Translations under genes and position numbers: made by a program
In this document: positions 1 through 9,575 of the stretch, one piece after another
Position numbering within the stretch: position 1 is the first letter of the stretch
How the letters are laid out: each line of letters opens with the position of its first letter
Notes under the pieces: model-generated
Told to the model about the DNA's origin: nothing
What the model saw: the letters and a program-made list of their open reading frames with translations, nothing else
Database searches by the model: none
Source of the DNA: an uncultured virus (IMG/VR IMGVR_UViG_3300025168_000059)
Taxonomy: Duplodnaviria; Heunggongvirae; Uroviricota; Caudoviricetes
Direction: 5' to 3' (one strand)
Length of the DNA stretch: 64,000 bases
IMG/VR virus record: IMGVR_UViG_3300025168_000059

Positions 1-3000
1 TGTACAAGCTTCCTAGCTTTACCCCCAACAATTTTATTTCCTTCTTGATCAGTAAATTCTGTTAAAGCATCAAAATATTCTAGTGCTTTCCCAAGTTTAG
101 ATTGAGGATTAAACCTCCCTATATCTGAAACTGCTGCTCCCTCACTAAACCAATACTGTGTTTTAGCCCAAGCAAGATCAGATTTAGACATAAACTGACT
201 AGCAACTGCTTCTTGAGCCATAGTTAAATTATCAAGAATTAATTGATTTGCTCCTTGCAGTAAGTTAAACGATAACGTACTCATTGCAGTAAATGCATTT
301 AAACTTCCTACCGCTTTAGTTAAAGAAATTCCTCTCCACTCACTTTTTAATTCATTTTGACCAAACACTACCATATCAATCCATTCGTCAAGATGCTTAA
401 ATGTATTAGACTCTCCTTCTTTTAGTAAAGGCATTTTAAAGCCCATAGCTTCTGCAGTTTTTTGTACATACTCAATACCTGAAGAGTTTTCTTCTAATAC
501 TTTTCTATTTTTAAGAATATCTCTAAAAAGCATTATAGAACCTAAAGCTTCTGATTTAGCTTGATAATTGTGGGCCATATGTCTAAACTGATATAAACTA
601 CTAGCTATATCTCTAGACACATCGTTAGCAGAAACACTATTAGTATAGTATACTGGCACATTTTTATTTAACTCTCCACTATTTTGATCATAAGTACCAA
701 ACTGATCATCTGTTTCTACAAGAGAAAAACTTTCTTTAAGCATGTCTTTTGTACCTGCTACAGCTCCCTGTTGTCTTAGCCTATCAAAATCTTTTTTTCT
801 AATAGAAGGCATTAAATAAGAAAATTTATCCCAAGAGTTTTTATCCATACGTTTACCCCCAATTAACTGTTGGCCTTTTTGCATTTCTTCTAAAACAAAA
901 TCATAGTATTCTTTTAATCTAGGATCTCCTTGTATTTTAGTGTATTTTACATTAGTGTACTTAGATTTTTTAGGTCTTACCCAATCTCTTCTAGGACTAT
1001 TAGTAAAAGAATTATAGTTATTATCTTTAAATTTTTGAAGCTCTTTAATACGCCCTACTTGCATAGAATATGCATCACTATCTTCTTTACCTTCTTCTTT
1101 TAGTTTTACTCTAGATTTTTTAGCGTCAGCTATTTGTTTATTTATTACAATTAATTCTTCTTTCCAAGTGTCAATAGGTTCACTATTTTGTCTATCCCAA
1201 GTTGCCTCTTCTTGCCTAAGTTTTTTGTAGTTATTTGATAATTTCCACGCCGCATAATTAGCTTTAAAACTTGCCTCATCCTGCCCCTCTTCTTTTGTTG
1301 GTTGACCGTGTTTTACATTTAGCTTTTTAATAAATTCTGATTTATCATTATAATATTTATCTGCATCAATAGGGTTAACTAAGGATAATCTTTTTTTACC
1401 TTTAATTGTTACCTCTTCTAGTAAATCTTCATTTAATTTAGCAACATCAGACTCAGATCTTCCTTCAGCAAATTTATCATAAGCACTGCTTAACTCAGAT
1501 TTAAACTCACGAGTCATGTCATTCTTTTTTAAATCAGCTTCTTGTACAGATTTAACAAACAATTGTATAGTCTTATCGTTACTGTAAATTAATGGGTCTA
1601 ATAAATATGAAAATCTACTTTTATCTTTATGGGCAGCTCTTAACTGTTTAACTAATGACCCATAATTAGGAATCATTTCATTTTTAAGTTGCTCTACTTT
1701 TAATGCTACTTTTGAATCTAAAAATTCTAATTCAGTAATATCACCATTATTATAGCTTTTTTTAAGTTCTGCATATTCTAAAGACTCAGTGTCTAAACCT
1801 TGGGTTCTTTTATACTTAATAGTATTATCAATTTGTGCTTGCAGTTGTGAATCAATTGCTTTATTGTGGTAACCAGATAAAAACTGGGCCATTACAGGAA
1901 TTACATTATCATTAAATTTTTTGTCTAGTACTAAAGCTGTGTTTAATATAGAATCTACTTTATCTTCTAGAGCATTAAATTTACTTTCATCTAAAACTTT
2001 ATCTTCATCTTTTTTAACAAGCAAAACTCTTTTAATAGATTGCATTACATCTAGCCCGTCTAATTCAGATTTTAGAGTATACATTTTACTCATATTCTCT
2101 AAAGTAGCTCTTTCATTTAACGGTAACTCCATTATATTGTCATACTGATTAATAGCTGACAATAACGTTCTACCCATACTATTTACAGTATCTAACAAGT
2201 CTTCTACTTTATTAACTCTGTTTAAACCTTCCTTAAGATTTTGTAATTGATATACTCTTTTTTCTCTTTCTGTTGCGGGAAGCTGTTCTACTTCATAAAG
2301 TTCTGACGCTATTCTTACTTTTAAATTTTGTACAATTTCTGTAAAGTTTTGCTGATCTCTTGATTGCTGAGTATAAGGACTTAGAGGATTGATCATTCCT
2401 TCAGCTCGCAATTGTTTTGCAAACATTTCTTCAGCAATTACCGCTGCAGCATTAGGTTGTACACCAAAAAGTTTTCCAAACGCTCTTAATATTCTATTAA
2501 TAAGTTGTTGCAGTGGACTAGGGTCCTTTCTTACAATTCTAGCGCCTTCTAGGCCAATTGCTGTAGCTAGAACTTCTTTGTCTAACCTTTCACCGGTTAA
2601 TTCAGGGTATTGTTGTGCAACTCTATCATACAAAGGACTTGCTTTAAGATCTGCTATAGCCTTAGCTACAACAGGGTCGTTAATACCTAACATATCAATA
2701 TAGATATGACCAAACTCATGATATGCCGTGTCTTCTTTAACTTTATTTGGGTTAATAACAACAAGTGGATTAACTTCACCTGGCCTTACTTCCCCTAAAC
2801 TCTCTAGCTCTGTATCATACTGCACATCTACAATAACACCGGCCTTAGCAAATGCTTCTTTTAAATGTACAACTTTTGCTTCAAGTCTATCTATCTCTTC
2901 TTTTTCCATGTCAGAGAATTTACTCTGATCGCTGGTATTCTCTTGTCTTGCTTTTTCATCTAAATAATAATCATCTGTATTTTCTTTCCCCGCTATAAAT

Positions 3001-3395
3001 CTAGCATATTGATCTAATTCAGTTTGATCCTCATACGTAAATTCAGCTGTTTCAGGGCCTTCAGTAGGAATACTTTGCAAAATACTAGGATTTATATCTA
3101 AACTATGCAGCTCAGATTCTCTAGAATAGATAGTTTTTGGAGTTGTTTTTATAAACGTAGTTTTTAATAGACCAGGATATTTACTATTTATACGCTTAAT
3201 TTCTCTTAAACTAGGTTGTAAATTAGCTTGTATTAAATATGTAGAACCATTACGTCTTGTAGCAATGCCGTTACCTTTTAATATTTTATACACTGCTTCT
3301 GCACTTTTCTTTTCAGAGGCCGTGTTGTCCATATACCCATACAACTCTGTATATAATTTACTTTCTACTCCGTTTATATAATATTTACACGCCAT
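1..3395 (-). CDS. Giant virion/ejection protein with zincin-like HExxH metalloprotease motif (3' end runs off the window)
   Basis: Not in the ORF track because it is truncated. ATG at 3395 (MACKYYINGVESKLYTELYG...). In-frame TAYHEFGHIY (HEFGH at 2706-2720) with a downstream KEVLA glutamate. Lies next to the vRNAP, as the large zincin-containing proteins of crAss-like phages do. Confidence 0.8.
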   Translation of the reverse strand, partial: MACKYYINGVESKLYTELYGYMDNTASEKKSAEAVYKILKGNGIATRRNGSTYLIQANLQPSLREIKRINSKYPGLLKTTFIKTTPKTIYSRESELHSLDINPSILQSIPTEGPETAEFTYEDQTELDQYARFIAGKENTDDYYLDEKARQENTSDQSKFSDMEKEEIDRLEAKVVHLKEAFAKAGVIVDVQYDTELESLGEVRPGEVNPLVVINPNKVKEDTAYHEFGHIYIDMLGINDPVVAKAIADLKASPLYDRVAQQYPELTGERLDKEVLATAIGLEGARIVRKDPSPLQQLINRILRAFGKLFGVQPNAAAVIAEEMFAKQLRAEGMINPLSPYTQQSRDQQNFTEIVQNLKVRIASELYEVEQLPATEREKRVYQLQNLKEGLNRVNKVEDLLDTVNSMGRTLLSAINQYDNIMELPLNERATLENMSKMYTLKSELDGLDVMQSIKRVLLVKKDEDKVLDESKFNALEDKVDSILNTALVLDKKFNDNVIPVMAQFLSGYHNKAIDSQLQAQIDNTIKYKRTQGLDTESLEYAELKKSYNNGDITELEFLDSKVALKVEQLKNEMIPNYGSLVKQLRAAHKDKSRFSYLLDPLIYSNDKTIQLFVKSVQEADLKKNDMTREFKSELSSAYDKFAEGRSESDVAKLNEDLLEEVTIKGKKRLSLVNPIDADKYYNDKSEFIKKLNVKHGQPTKEEGQDEASFKANYAAWKLSNNYKKLRQEEATWDRQNSEPIDTWKEELIVINKQIADAKKSRVKLKEEGKEDSDAYSMQVGRIKELQKFKDNNYNSFTNSPRRDWVRPKKSKYTNVKYTKIQGDPRLKEYYDFVLEEMQKGQQLIGGKRMDKNSWDKFSYLMPSIRKKDFDRLRQQGAVAGTKDMLKESFSLVETDDQFGTYDQNSGELNKNVPVYYTNSVSANDVSRDIASSLYQFRHMAHNYQAKSEALGSIMLFRDILKNRKVLEENSSGIEYVQKTAEAMGFKMPLLKEGESNTFKHLDEWIDMVVFGQNELKSEWRGISLTKAVGSLNAFTAMSTLSFNLLQGANQLILDNLTMAQEAVASQFMSKSDLAWAKTQYWFSEGAAVSDIGRFNPQSKLGKALEYFDALTEFTDQEGNKIVGGKARKLV

Positions 3396-3400
3396 ATATT

Positions 3401-6400
3401 TTATGTTTTACAATACTTTTTAGCTTGATTATCTTCGTTTTCAGTTATAGGAGCTACAGGTTTATTATACCTAAATCCTCCTGGCTTTTCAATTGTAGTG
3501 TTAGGTGCAAAATTAACTAAACTTTCTGAATTACCGCTAGAAACTCCAGACTCATTTAATTTTCTAGATTTACCTAACAAAGATAGTTTTCTATATTTAA
3601 GTCCTTCTACTCTAACAAACACGTTAGCTTGACCTGTAGAATAAGAGATAAAATAGTCTACAGCTTCATTGCTATTACTATAAATACTTTCATTTCCTGA
3701 AGACGCAGTTACAAATCCTTGTGGATCCATTTTTACCCTTACCTTTTTTAGTAATGGGGCGCCCCCTGGTTTTTCTGTGCCGTACGTTCTTATAAACTCA
3801 TGTATAAAATTATCAAAGTAATCTGTTCTAGCTAACACATCTTGCTCTTGTCTAAAAAACTCTACAGGACTTTGTTTGCTTGGATTTAATATAGATGTTG
3901 TATAAACTTCTGTAGGAATTAAATCTATATAGCTTCCGTATGTTGGACTAAACCCACTAGTTAGTAATTGATTTGTAACTAATAGTTTTGCAAAATCACT
4001 TATTTCTGAGTTATTACTAGTAAGTAACGCACTAAAATCTTTTGTATAAGCATTTTTATCTGTAGTTGATATACCTACAGGAACATCTAGTCTTAGTAAA
4101 AATAAATTTGTTTCAATATTAGACGGGTCTTCTTGCAGGTTTTGCATTATTAAATTTGAATTTAACTCTGGATAAGTTGTTCTAAGATAGTCTAACTTAG
4201 TTATTAAGTTATCACTAGGGTTAACATACATATTTAGAAAAGTATCTTTAGAAAGTGGGCCTCCATCTACAAAAGGACTGTGTGGTTGAGTCATAATTTT
4301 TAAAAACAAAGCTCTATCTACTAACTTATGCTGATCAGCTGTAAGTTTATTAGCGCCTATTACATCAATAAGATTATCTTTAAAATATTTAAATGCTGGT
4401 GAATTGTTTATAAATCCTACCCTAGCGTTTTCTTTTAAAACTGTTGTAAATATATTTCTATAAGCAACTGCTATAGGATTTAAAGATGTATTTGTACCTT
4501 GATTATGAAGTATAACTTCTTCTGCGCCTTGTATTATACTATCTGGATTATTTAAATATTGTTGCTCTACATCAATCCACGCATTAATAGAAGAAGTTTC
4601 GTTTAAATTATCTAAATTATCAGGTGTAATTATTTTATTTACTGTTTGTAGTGCTCTACCAGCTATAAAGAATTTACTAAAATTAGATAAATATTCTTTT
4701 TGATTTTTAGGATTTGATTCTACTAAGTTATTTTCTAACTCCATGATATTCATAGGTACTACACTTCTTAATTTTAAATCAGAAATACCGTATTTTTTAG
4801 CTACTTTATCTATAGACTGATAAAACTCTCCTAAAGACTTTGAGTTGTTTGTGGCATCTTCAATTACTTCTCTAATAATAGGTTGATTTACAAAATATAA
4901 TGATGTTTCTATAGGAATTCCTACACTGTAAAATAATCCTAATACAGGATTAGTATATACACTATCATTTATATCTAATTGTATAGGCTCTTTAGCCGCA
5001 TCTACCGCTGCTGATAAATGCTCAGAAATATTAGAGTCTGTATAAATACCTAAATCGTCTTTAGTTTTACCTATTTCACTGTAAGTATTTTCTCCAATGC
5101 TAGGCATGTATTCAGACTTAAGTCTTAACACTCCAGATGCTTCTGCTACATTTCTACCTGCTAAATGATTAGACCACAAACCAATAAGTTTGCTCCCTTC
5201 TTTAGCTCTTTCTTCCATAGCTAATTCTGCCATAGGATTATTATAATCTATTGCAGTGTCTACACCTGTTTTATCTTCTAAAAACTCTTTAGTGTTTATT
5301 AAATTTTCAGTATCTAAAGGTTTAATAACTTCTTCTAAATGTTTATTATCTGTAAGTATAGATTTAAATGTGTCAAATACTACATTGTTTCTTTCTTTTC
5401 TAGACATTTCAGATGGCTGCTTACTATAATCCGGCTTTATTGCGTTTCCTTCTATATCTGTTTCAGATAAAATTATATATAGTTTATCAATATCAAAATC
5501 AGAACCTTGTTGTACTGTAATAGCTCCAGGTACCATAATTGCTTTTTCATGTGACTCTGGTAAGAAATCTACTACTTCCATAAATAAAGCAGAGTTTTTA
5601 CCTTGCTGAGGTATACGATACCCAATCATTTGTAATAACTCTACAGATACATCCGCTATTGGCGTTCCTGGTGTTATTCCTATAGCACTAGCCTTTATTC
5701 TGACTTGCGCTGCATTGATTCCATCATAAAATTTTAATTCACCACTTACTTCATGGCCCCCAAGCTCTGCAATTTGTACTAATTCTTTACCTTTTAGCTT
5801 TTGATTAAATAATTCATTATTATACATACTCATAAATATACCTTCAAACTTAGCTTGATAATTAGGAAAAGCTAATGGTATTTTAAAAGTCCAATCAAAT
5901 GCTCCGTTAGGAACTATAGATAACGCATCAAGATAGTTATTAGGTAAATCTCTCTCTTTAATTTGATCAACTATTCTGTCTCTAACTTTTATTAAGTAGT
6001 TTAACTTAGCATCTTTATATTCTTTTGTTCCCTGGTTATTCTTTAGTCTTTCCAGCTCTGTAATTCCTAACTCTTTGTCTAGATTTCTTGCGTCTTCTCT
6101 TATATTCTCAGCAACAGCTTCTCCATATATCTGATTTAAAGCTGATCCATCAACTTTACTATCTCCTAGACTATACTCTCCAGTAGGATCTATATTTGCA
6201 ATTAGATTTTTTCTTATTTGCCTGTTAAATGTAACTTCGTCTTTTATTGCTCTAGGCATAATTTGAGGAAACCTTAACATATTAGAATCCATTATAGTTG
6301 GGCTTGAAAAATCTAAAGCTTCAGAACTTTGAAAATCTTGTACATTTTTTCTGGCTCCTTTAGTTGCGCTCTCTGTATTTACTACGTCTATACCATTATT

Positions 6401-9400
6401 CATGGCTTCTAGCATATTATTTAAATATGGGTAAAACATAGCTAGTTCTGGCGTTACAACTGTATATGAATTTTTATCCATATATAATGCATTAACTCCA
6501 TTTTCTAAAGAAAGCTCTTCATGGAAGGGTTTTAATGGATATATAGGTCTTGTATTTCCATTATTATCTACATACTGACCTTTATTAGGATCTTGTGCAT
6601 TTCTAAATGCTTCTTCATCTAAAATCTCATTCCATTGCCCCATTCCTTGCATAATACCACGATACATAGGTAGACTAATAAATGATTGTGCATCTGATTT
6701 ATTTACACTACGATAATTATCTGCAAGTTCTTTTGCAACAGGATCTAGCATTGCTCCTTCAGGAGTCAAAGCTTTTTCTAAACTGTCTGCAACATCATTA
6801 GCTCTGTCTAAGTCTGTAAAATCAAAGTCTTTTATAGTTAAAGTATTATATGTAGGATTCATCCCATACTCAGGATTTGTTTCAGACATACCTTTAATAA
6901 ACAATTTGTTTCCAGGAGTTTTTAAAAGAGCCATACGTTTATAAAAATCTTCTGCATTTTTAGAAAAGCTAAATCCTCCTCTTAATACTTTAGTTATTTC
7001 TATTTTACCTATAAAGTTTTCAAATGTAAAATCTTTAATAAGTTTATTTTTTTCTGCCGTATTTATAAGATCTGTATTTACATCTGCTCCTAAATCTATT
7101 CCATATTTATCTATACGAGCTTTTAAATCTTGTTCGTACTCTAATAATTTTGCTTCAACTGCTGATATGTTGTCTCCTAACATTTGTTCAAACTCTTCTC
7201 GCTGTGCAAAATCTGCATCTAACACATAAGATTTCACATAGTCAGACATAAGCTTACCGTCCTTTAGAGTTAAGTTTTGTAGCCCAGATATTTGAGTCAT
7301 TGTAAAAGCTCCTCCATTCATTGCATAAGGACTAGATCCTTTTTTATAGTGATACCCCTCAATAAATGTACTTGGGTCATTTTCTTCTATAAACTCAATA
7401 GCTTGATTCATTCTAGCTAAATCTTGTAGTATTATATTTTCTATTAACTGGCTTTTATTAGTAGTCATTCCATACTTTGAGTATGTACTAATTCTAGGCA
7501 AAGTTAAAAAATCTAAAGATGATCTACCAGCTTGTACAGGAATTGCTATTTTAGTAAAATCTTTATTTCCTCTGTTTTCATATGCTAGTAGTCTTTCTAT
7601 TAAAGATATTTTACTAGATTGATTTCCATAATCAGAACTAGCAACAAACTCATCTGCCGCCTTATAAGAATCTAGTACTTCATGTACAAAATTTTCTCTA
7701 ACATTTTCACTAGCATGCAGCGCACTAATTAAAGGAGATGAATGTTTTACACTTGCAAATGGCCTGTTTAATGGATCATTTAACAATTGGTTTAAAATTC
7801 TTATTGCGTCATCTGATTCTTTAGGATTATTTATTTGACTTGTTAGTTCGTGCAGCCTAGTAGGCAAATTTACTGGGTAGTATTGTTTACCTGTCCCGCT
7901 TATAAAAGACCCAAAAGGATTGTTTTCAAATAAAGTAGAAAGTTCTGTAATCTTATCTATTAAACTACTTTGATCTTTATATATATCTTTACCTGCTTTA
8001 ACTGTCTCTAAAAGCTTTACAAAACTTTCTCCTGATTTAAATATAAACTGATTAAATAAGTTTCTACCTGTTAATCCTTCTTCATTACCTAGTATGTAGT
8101 AATCTAATAAATTGTCTTGTGTAGTTTCTAAAGTAGGGCCATATTGTATACCTAAAGTCCATAAGTATTCTCCTAAAACATTAATGTCTTCAGCATTAAA
8201 CTCTCCATTTTTTTTATTTCTAACATTATTTATAGCTTCCCATAACTCTGTTAGTTTTTCTACTTTACCTTCTTTTACAGTTAGTTTGTTGTCAACTCCT
8301 AATGAATATAAAGCTCTTGGTTTTGGTATTTGAGTTTCTGTAGAATTCTGCTTAAACCTTTCTTTAGCTTTTTTATTTACTTGACTTTGATTAGAGTTTA
8401 TTATTTTATTAGTAATACTAATCTGACCTGTTACTGGATCTGTAAAGCTTTCATTTTTAAATAAAATAAAATTATTATACGCAGTTTTAAAATTAGTAAA
8501 TAATGCAGCTTCTTCTTGAGCTGTTAAGTTTTCTACTTTATTTTTTAATACTTCAGCCCCAACATTATACTGTGCACGAAAATCTAAGTTACTTTTCATT
8601 TCTGCCCATGTAGGCTGACCTACGGCAGCTTCAGACATTATAGCATAAGCTTTATCCATAGATAAAATAGTAGGGTATCCAAAAACATTTAGTTCTCCTG
8701 TTTCAATATTTCCTATTACAGCTTTTGCTTCTGCAGATAATTTATCTTGAGGATTTTCTTCTAGTCTAGAGATATTATGTATTCTTTCTGGAGTGTCATC
8801 AAACTCTTCCATAGAACCTACTCTATCTTTTAGCTTTAACCCATAGGCAGATAGACTATCTTTAATTATTTCTCTAACGCCTACATTTTCTATATTTCCT
8901 GTAGTCTCATTAAAAGAAGAATTCCAATTATGATAAGCTGCTGTAAATACTTCCCATGCAATATGATCTTCAGTGCCCGCTTCGTTTAAGCCTACTCCTT
9001 CAGGTAAAGAGTTAAACATTGCCTCAGCCCCTTGCTCTATAAGAACATCATAAGCTTGTTGGGCCTGTTCAAAATCTGCCCCTGGAAACGCCTCCATTAA
9101 AATCTTATTTGCTAAAGCTCCTTTAGATATAGAATCTTTACCTATACCAAAGTATCTTTGAACTGCTTCAGAGCTATTAAATTGTCTTGGATTTTGTCTT
9201 CGCACTTTAGTTATAAATCCTACTAAAGTATTTATTAAAGCTTCTTGCACCTCTCTATCTAAGTTTAATGCATTGCTAGAATCTTTTATCTCTGCAGTTA
9301 TAGGAAAAGTTTCTCCTTTAAAGTTTTTAAAAGAATAAAATCCTTTTTCTGCAACTAATTTAGGTTCTCCATTTTCATCTGTAAGAAATAAGTCTGGAGT

Positions 9401-9574
9401 ATAAGTTTTTTCCCAATCTTTACCATACCAAGTTTTAAATTCTTTAGAATAAATTTGTTCATATAAAGTTGTAGCACTCTCTGTGCTTTGAGTAGCCCCA
9501 ATTAATTCTTTATATAATTTAGACTCTTTTCCGTTTGGCAATAAAGCTTTTCCGTTTTGTATTCTACAACTCAT
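3401..9574 (-). CDS. Virion-packaged single-chain two-barrel RNA polymerase (phi14:2 gp66-like)
   Basis: 2057 aa. Catalytic QQGSDFDIDK (DFDID at 5486-5500), upstream GYRIPQQG, plus KR..L..PG and SAAVDAAK motifs. Middle member of a trio of giant genes. Confidence 0.93.
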   Translation of the reverse strand: MSCRIQNGKALLPNGKESKLYKELIGATQSTESATTLYEQIYSKEFKTWYGKDWEKTYTPDLFLTDENGEPKLVAEKGFYSFKNFKGETFPITAEIKDSSNALNLDREVQEALINTLVGFITKVRRQNPRQFNSSEAVQRYFGIGKDSISKGALANKILMEAFPGADFEQAQQAYDVLIEQGAEAMFNSLPEGVGLNEAGTEDHIAWEVFTAAYHNWNSSFNETTGNIENVGVREIIKDSLSAYGLKLKDRVGSMEEFDDTPERIHNISRLEENPQDKLSAEAKAVIGNIETGELNVFGYPTILSMDKAYAIMSEAAVGQPTWAEMKSNLDFRAQYNVGAEVLKNKVENLTAQEEAALFTNFKTAYNNFILFKNESFTDPVTGQISITNKIINSNQSQVNKKAKERFKQNSTETQIPKPRALYSLGVDNKLTVKEGKVEKLTELWEAINNVRNKKNGEFNAEDINVLGEYLWTLGIQYGPTLETTQDNLLDYYILGNEEGLTGRNLFNQFIFKSGESFVKLLETVKAGKDIYKDQSSLIDKITELSTLFENNPFGSFISGTGKQYYPVNLPTRLHELTSQINNPKESDDAIRILNQLLNDPLNRPFASVKHSSPLISALHASENVRENFVHEVLDSYKAADEFVASSDYGNQSSKISLIERLLAYENRGNKDFTKIAIPVQAGRSSLDFLTLPRISTYSKYGMTTNKSQLIENIILQDLARMNQAIEFIEENDPSTFIEGYHYKKGSSPYAMNGGAFTMTQISGLQNLTLKDGKLMSDYVKSYVLDADFAQREEFEQMLGDNISAVEAKLLEYEQDLKARIDKYGIDLGADVNTDLINTAEKNKLIKDFTFENFIGKIEITKVLRGGFSFSKNAEDFYKRMALLKTPGNKLFIKGMSETNPEYGMNPTYNTLTIKDFDFTDLDRANDVADSLEKALTPEGAMLDPVAKELADNYRSVNKSDAQSFISLPMYRGIMQGMGQWNEILDEEAFRNAQDPNKGQYVDNNGNTRPIYPLKPFHEELSLENGVNALYMDKNSYTVVTPELAMFYPYLNNMLEAMNNGIDVVNTESATKGARKNVQDFQSSEALDFSSPTIMDSNMLRFPQIMPRAIKDEVTFNRQIRKNLIANIDPTGEYSLGDSKVDGSALNQIYGEAVAENIREDARNLDKELGITELERLKNNQGTKEYKDAKLNYLIKVRDRIVDQIKERDLPNNYLDALSIVPNGAFDWTFKIPLAFPNYQAKFEGIFMSMYNNELFNQKLKGKELVQIAELGGHEVSGELKFYDGINAAQVRIKASAIGITPGTPIADVSVELLQMIGYRIPQQGKNSALFMEVVDFLPESHEKAIMVPGAITVQQGSDFDIDKLYIILSETDIEGNAIKPDYSKQPSEMSRKERNNVVFDTFKSILTDNKHLEEVIKPLDTENLINTKEFLEDKTGVDTAIDYNNPMAELAMEERAKEGSKLIGLWSNHLAGRNVAEASGVLRLKSEYMPSIGENTYSEIGKTKDDLGIYTDSNISEHLSAAVDAAKEPIQLDINDSVYTNPVLGLFYSVGIPIETSLYFVNQPIIREVIEDATNNSKSLGEFYQSIDKVAKKYGISDLKLRSVVPMNIMELENNLVESNPKNQKEYLSNFSKFFIAGRALQTVNKIITPDNLDNLNETSSINAWIDVEQQYLNNPDSIIQGAEEVILHNQGTNTSLNPIAVAYRNIFTTVLKENARVGFINNSPAFKYFKDNLIDVIGANKLTADQHKLVDRALFLKIMTQPHSPFVDGGPLSKDTFLNMYVNPSDNLITKLDYLRTTYPELNSNLIMQNLQEDPSNIETNLFLLRLDVPVGISTTDKNAYTKDFSALLTSNNSEISDFAKLLVTNQLLTSGFSPTYGSYIDLIPTEVYTTSILNPSKQSPVEFFRQEQDVLARTDYFDNFIHEFIRTYGTEKPGGAPLLKKVRVKMDPQGFVTASSGNESIYSNSNEAVDYFISYSTGQANVFVRVEGLKYRKLSLLGKSRKLNESGVSSGNSESLVNFAPNTTIEKPGGFRYNKPVAPITENEDNQAKKYCKT

Positions 9575-9575
9575 A

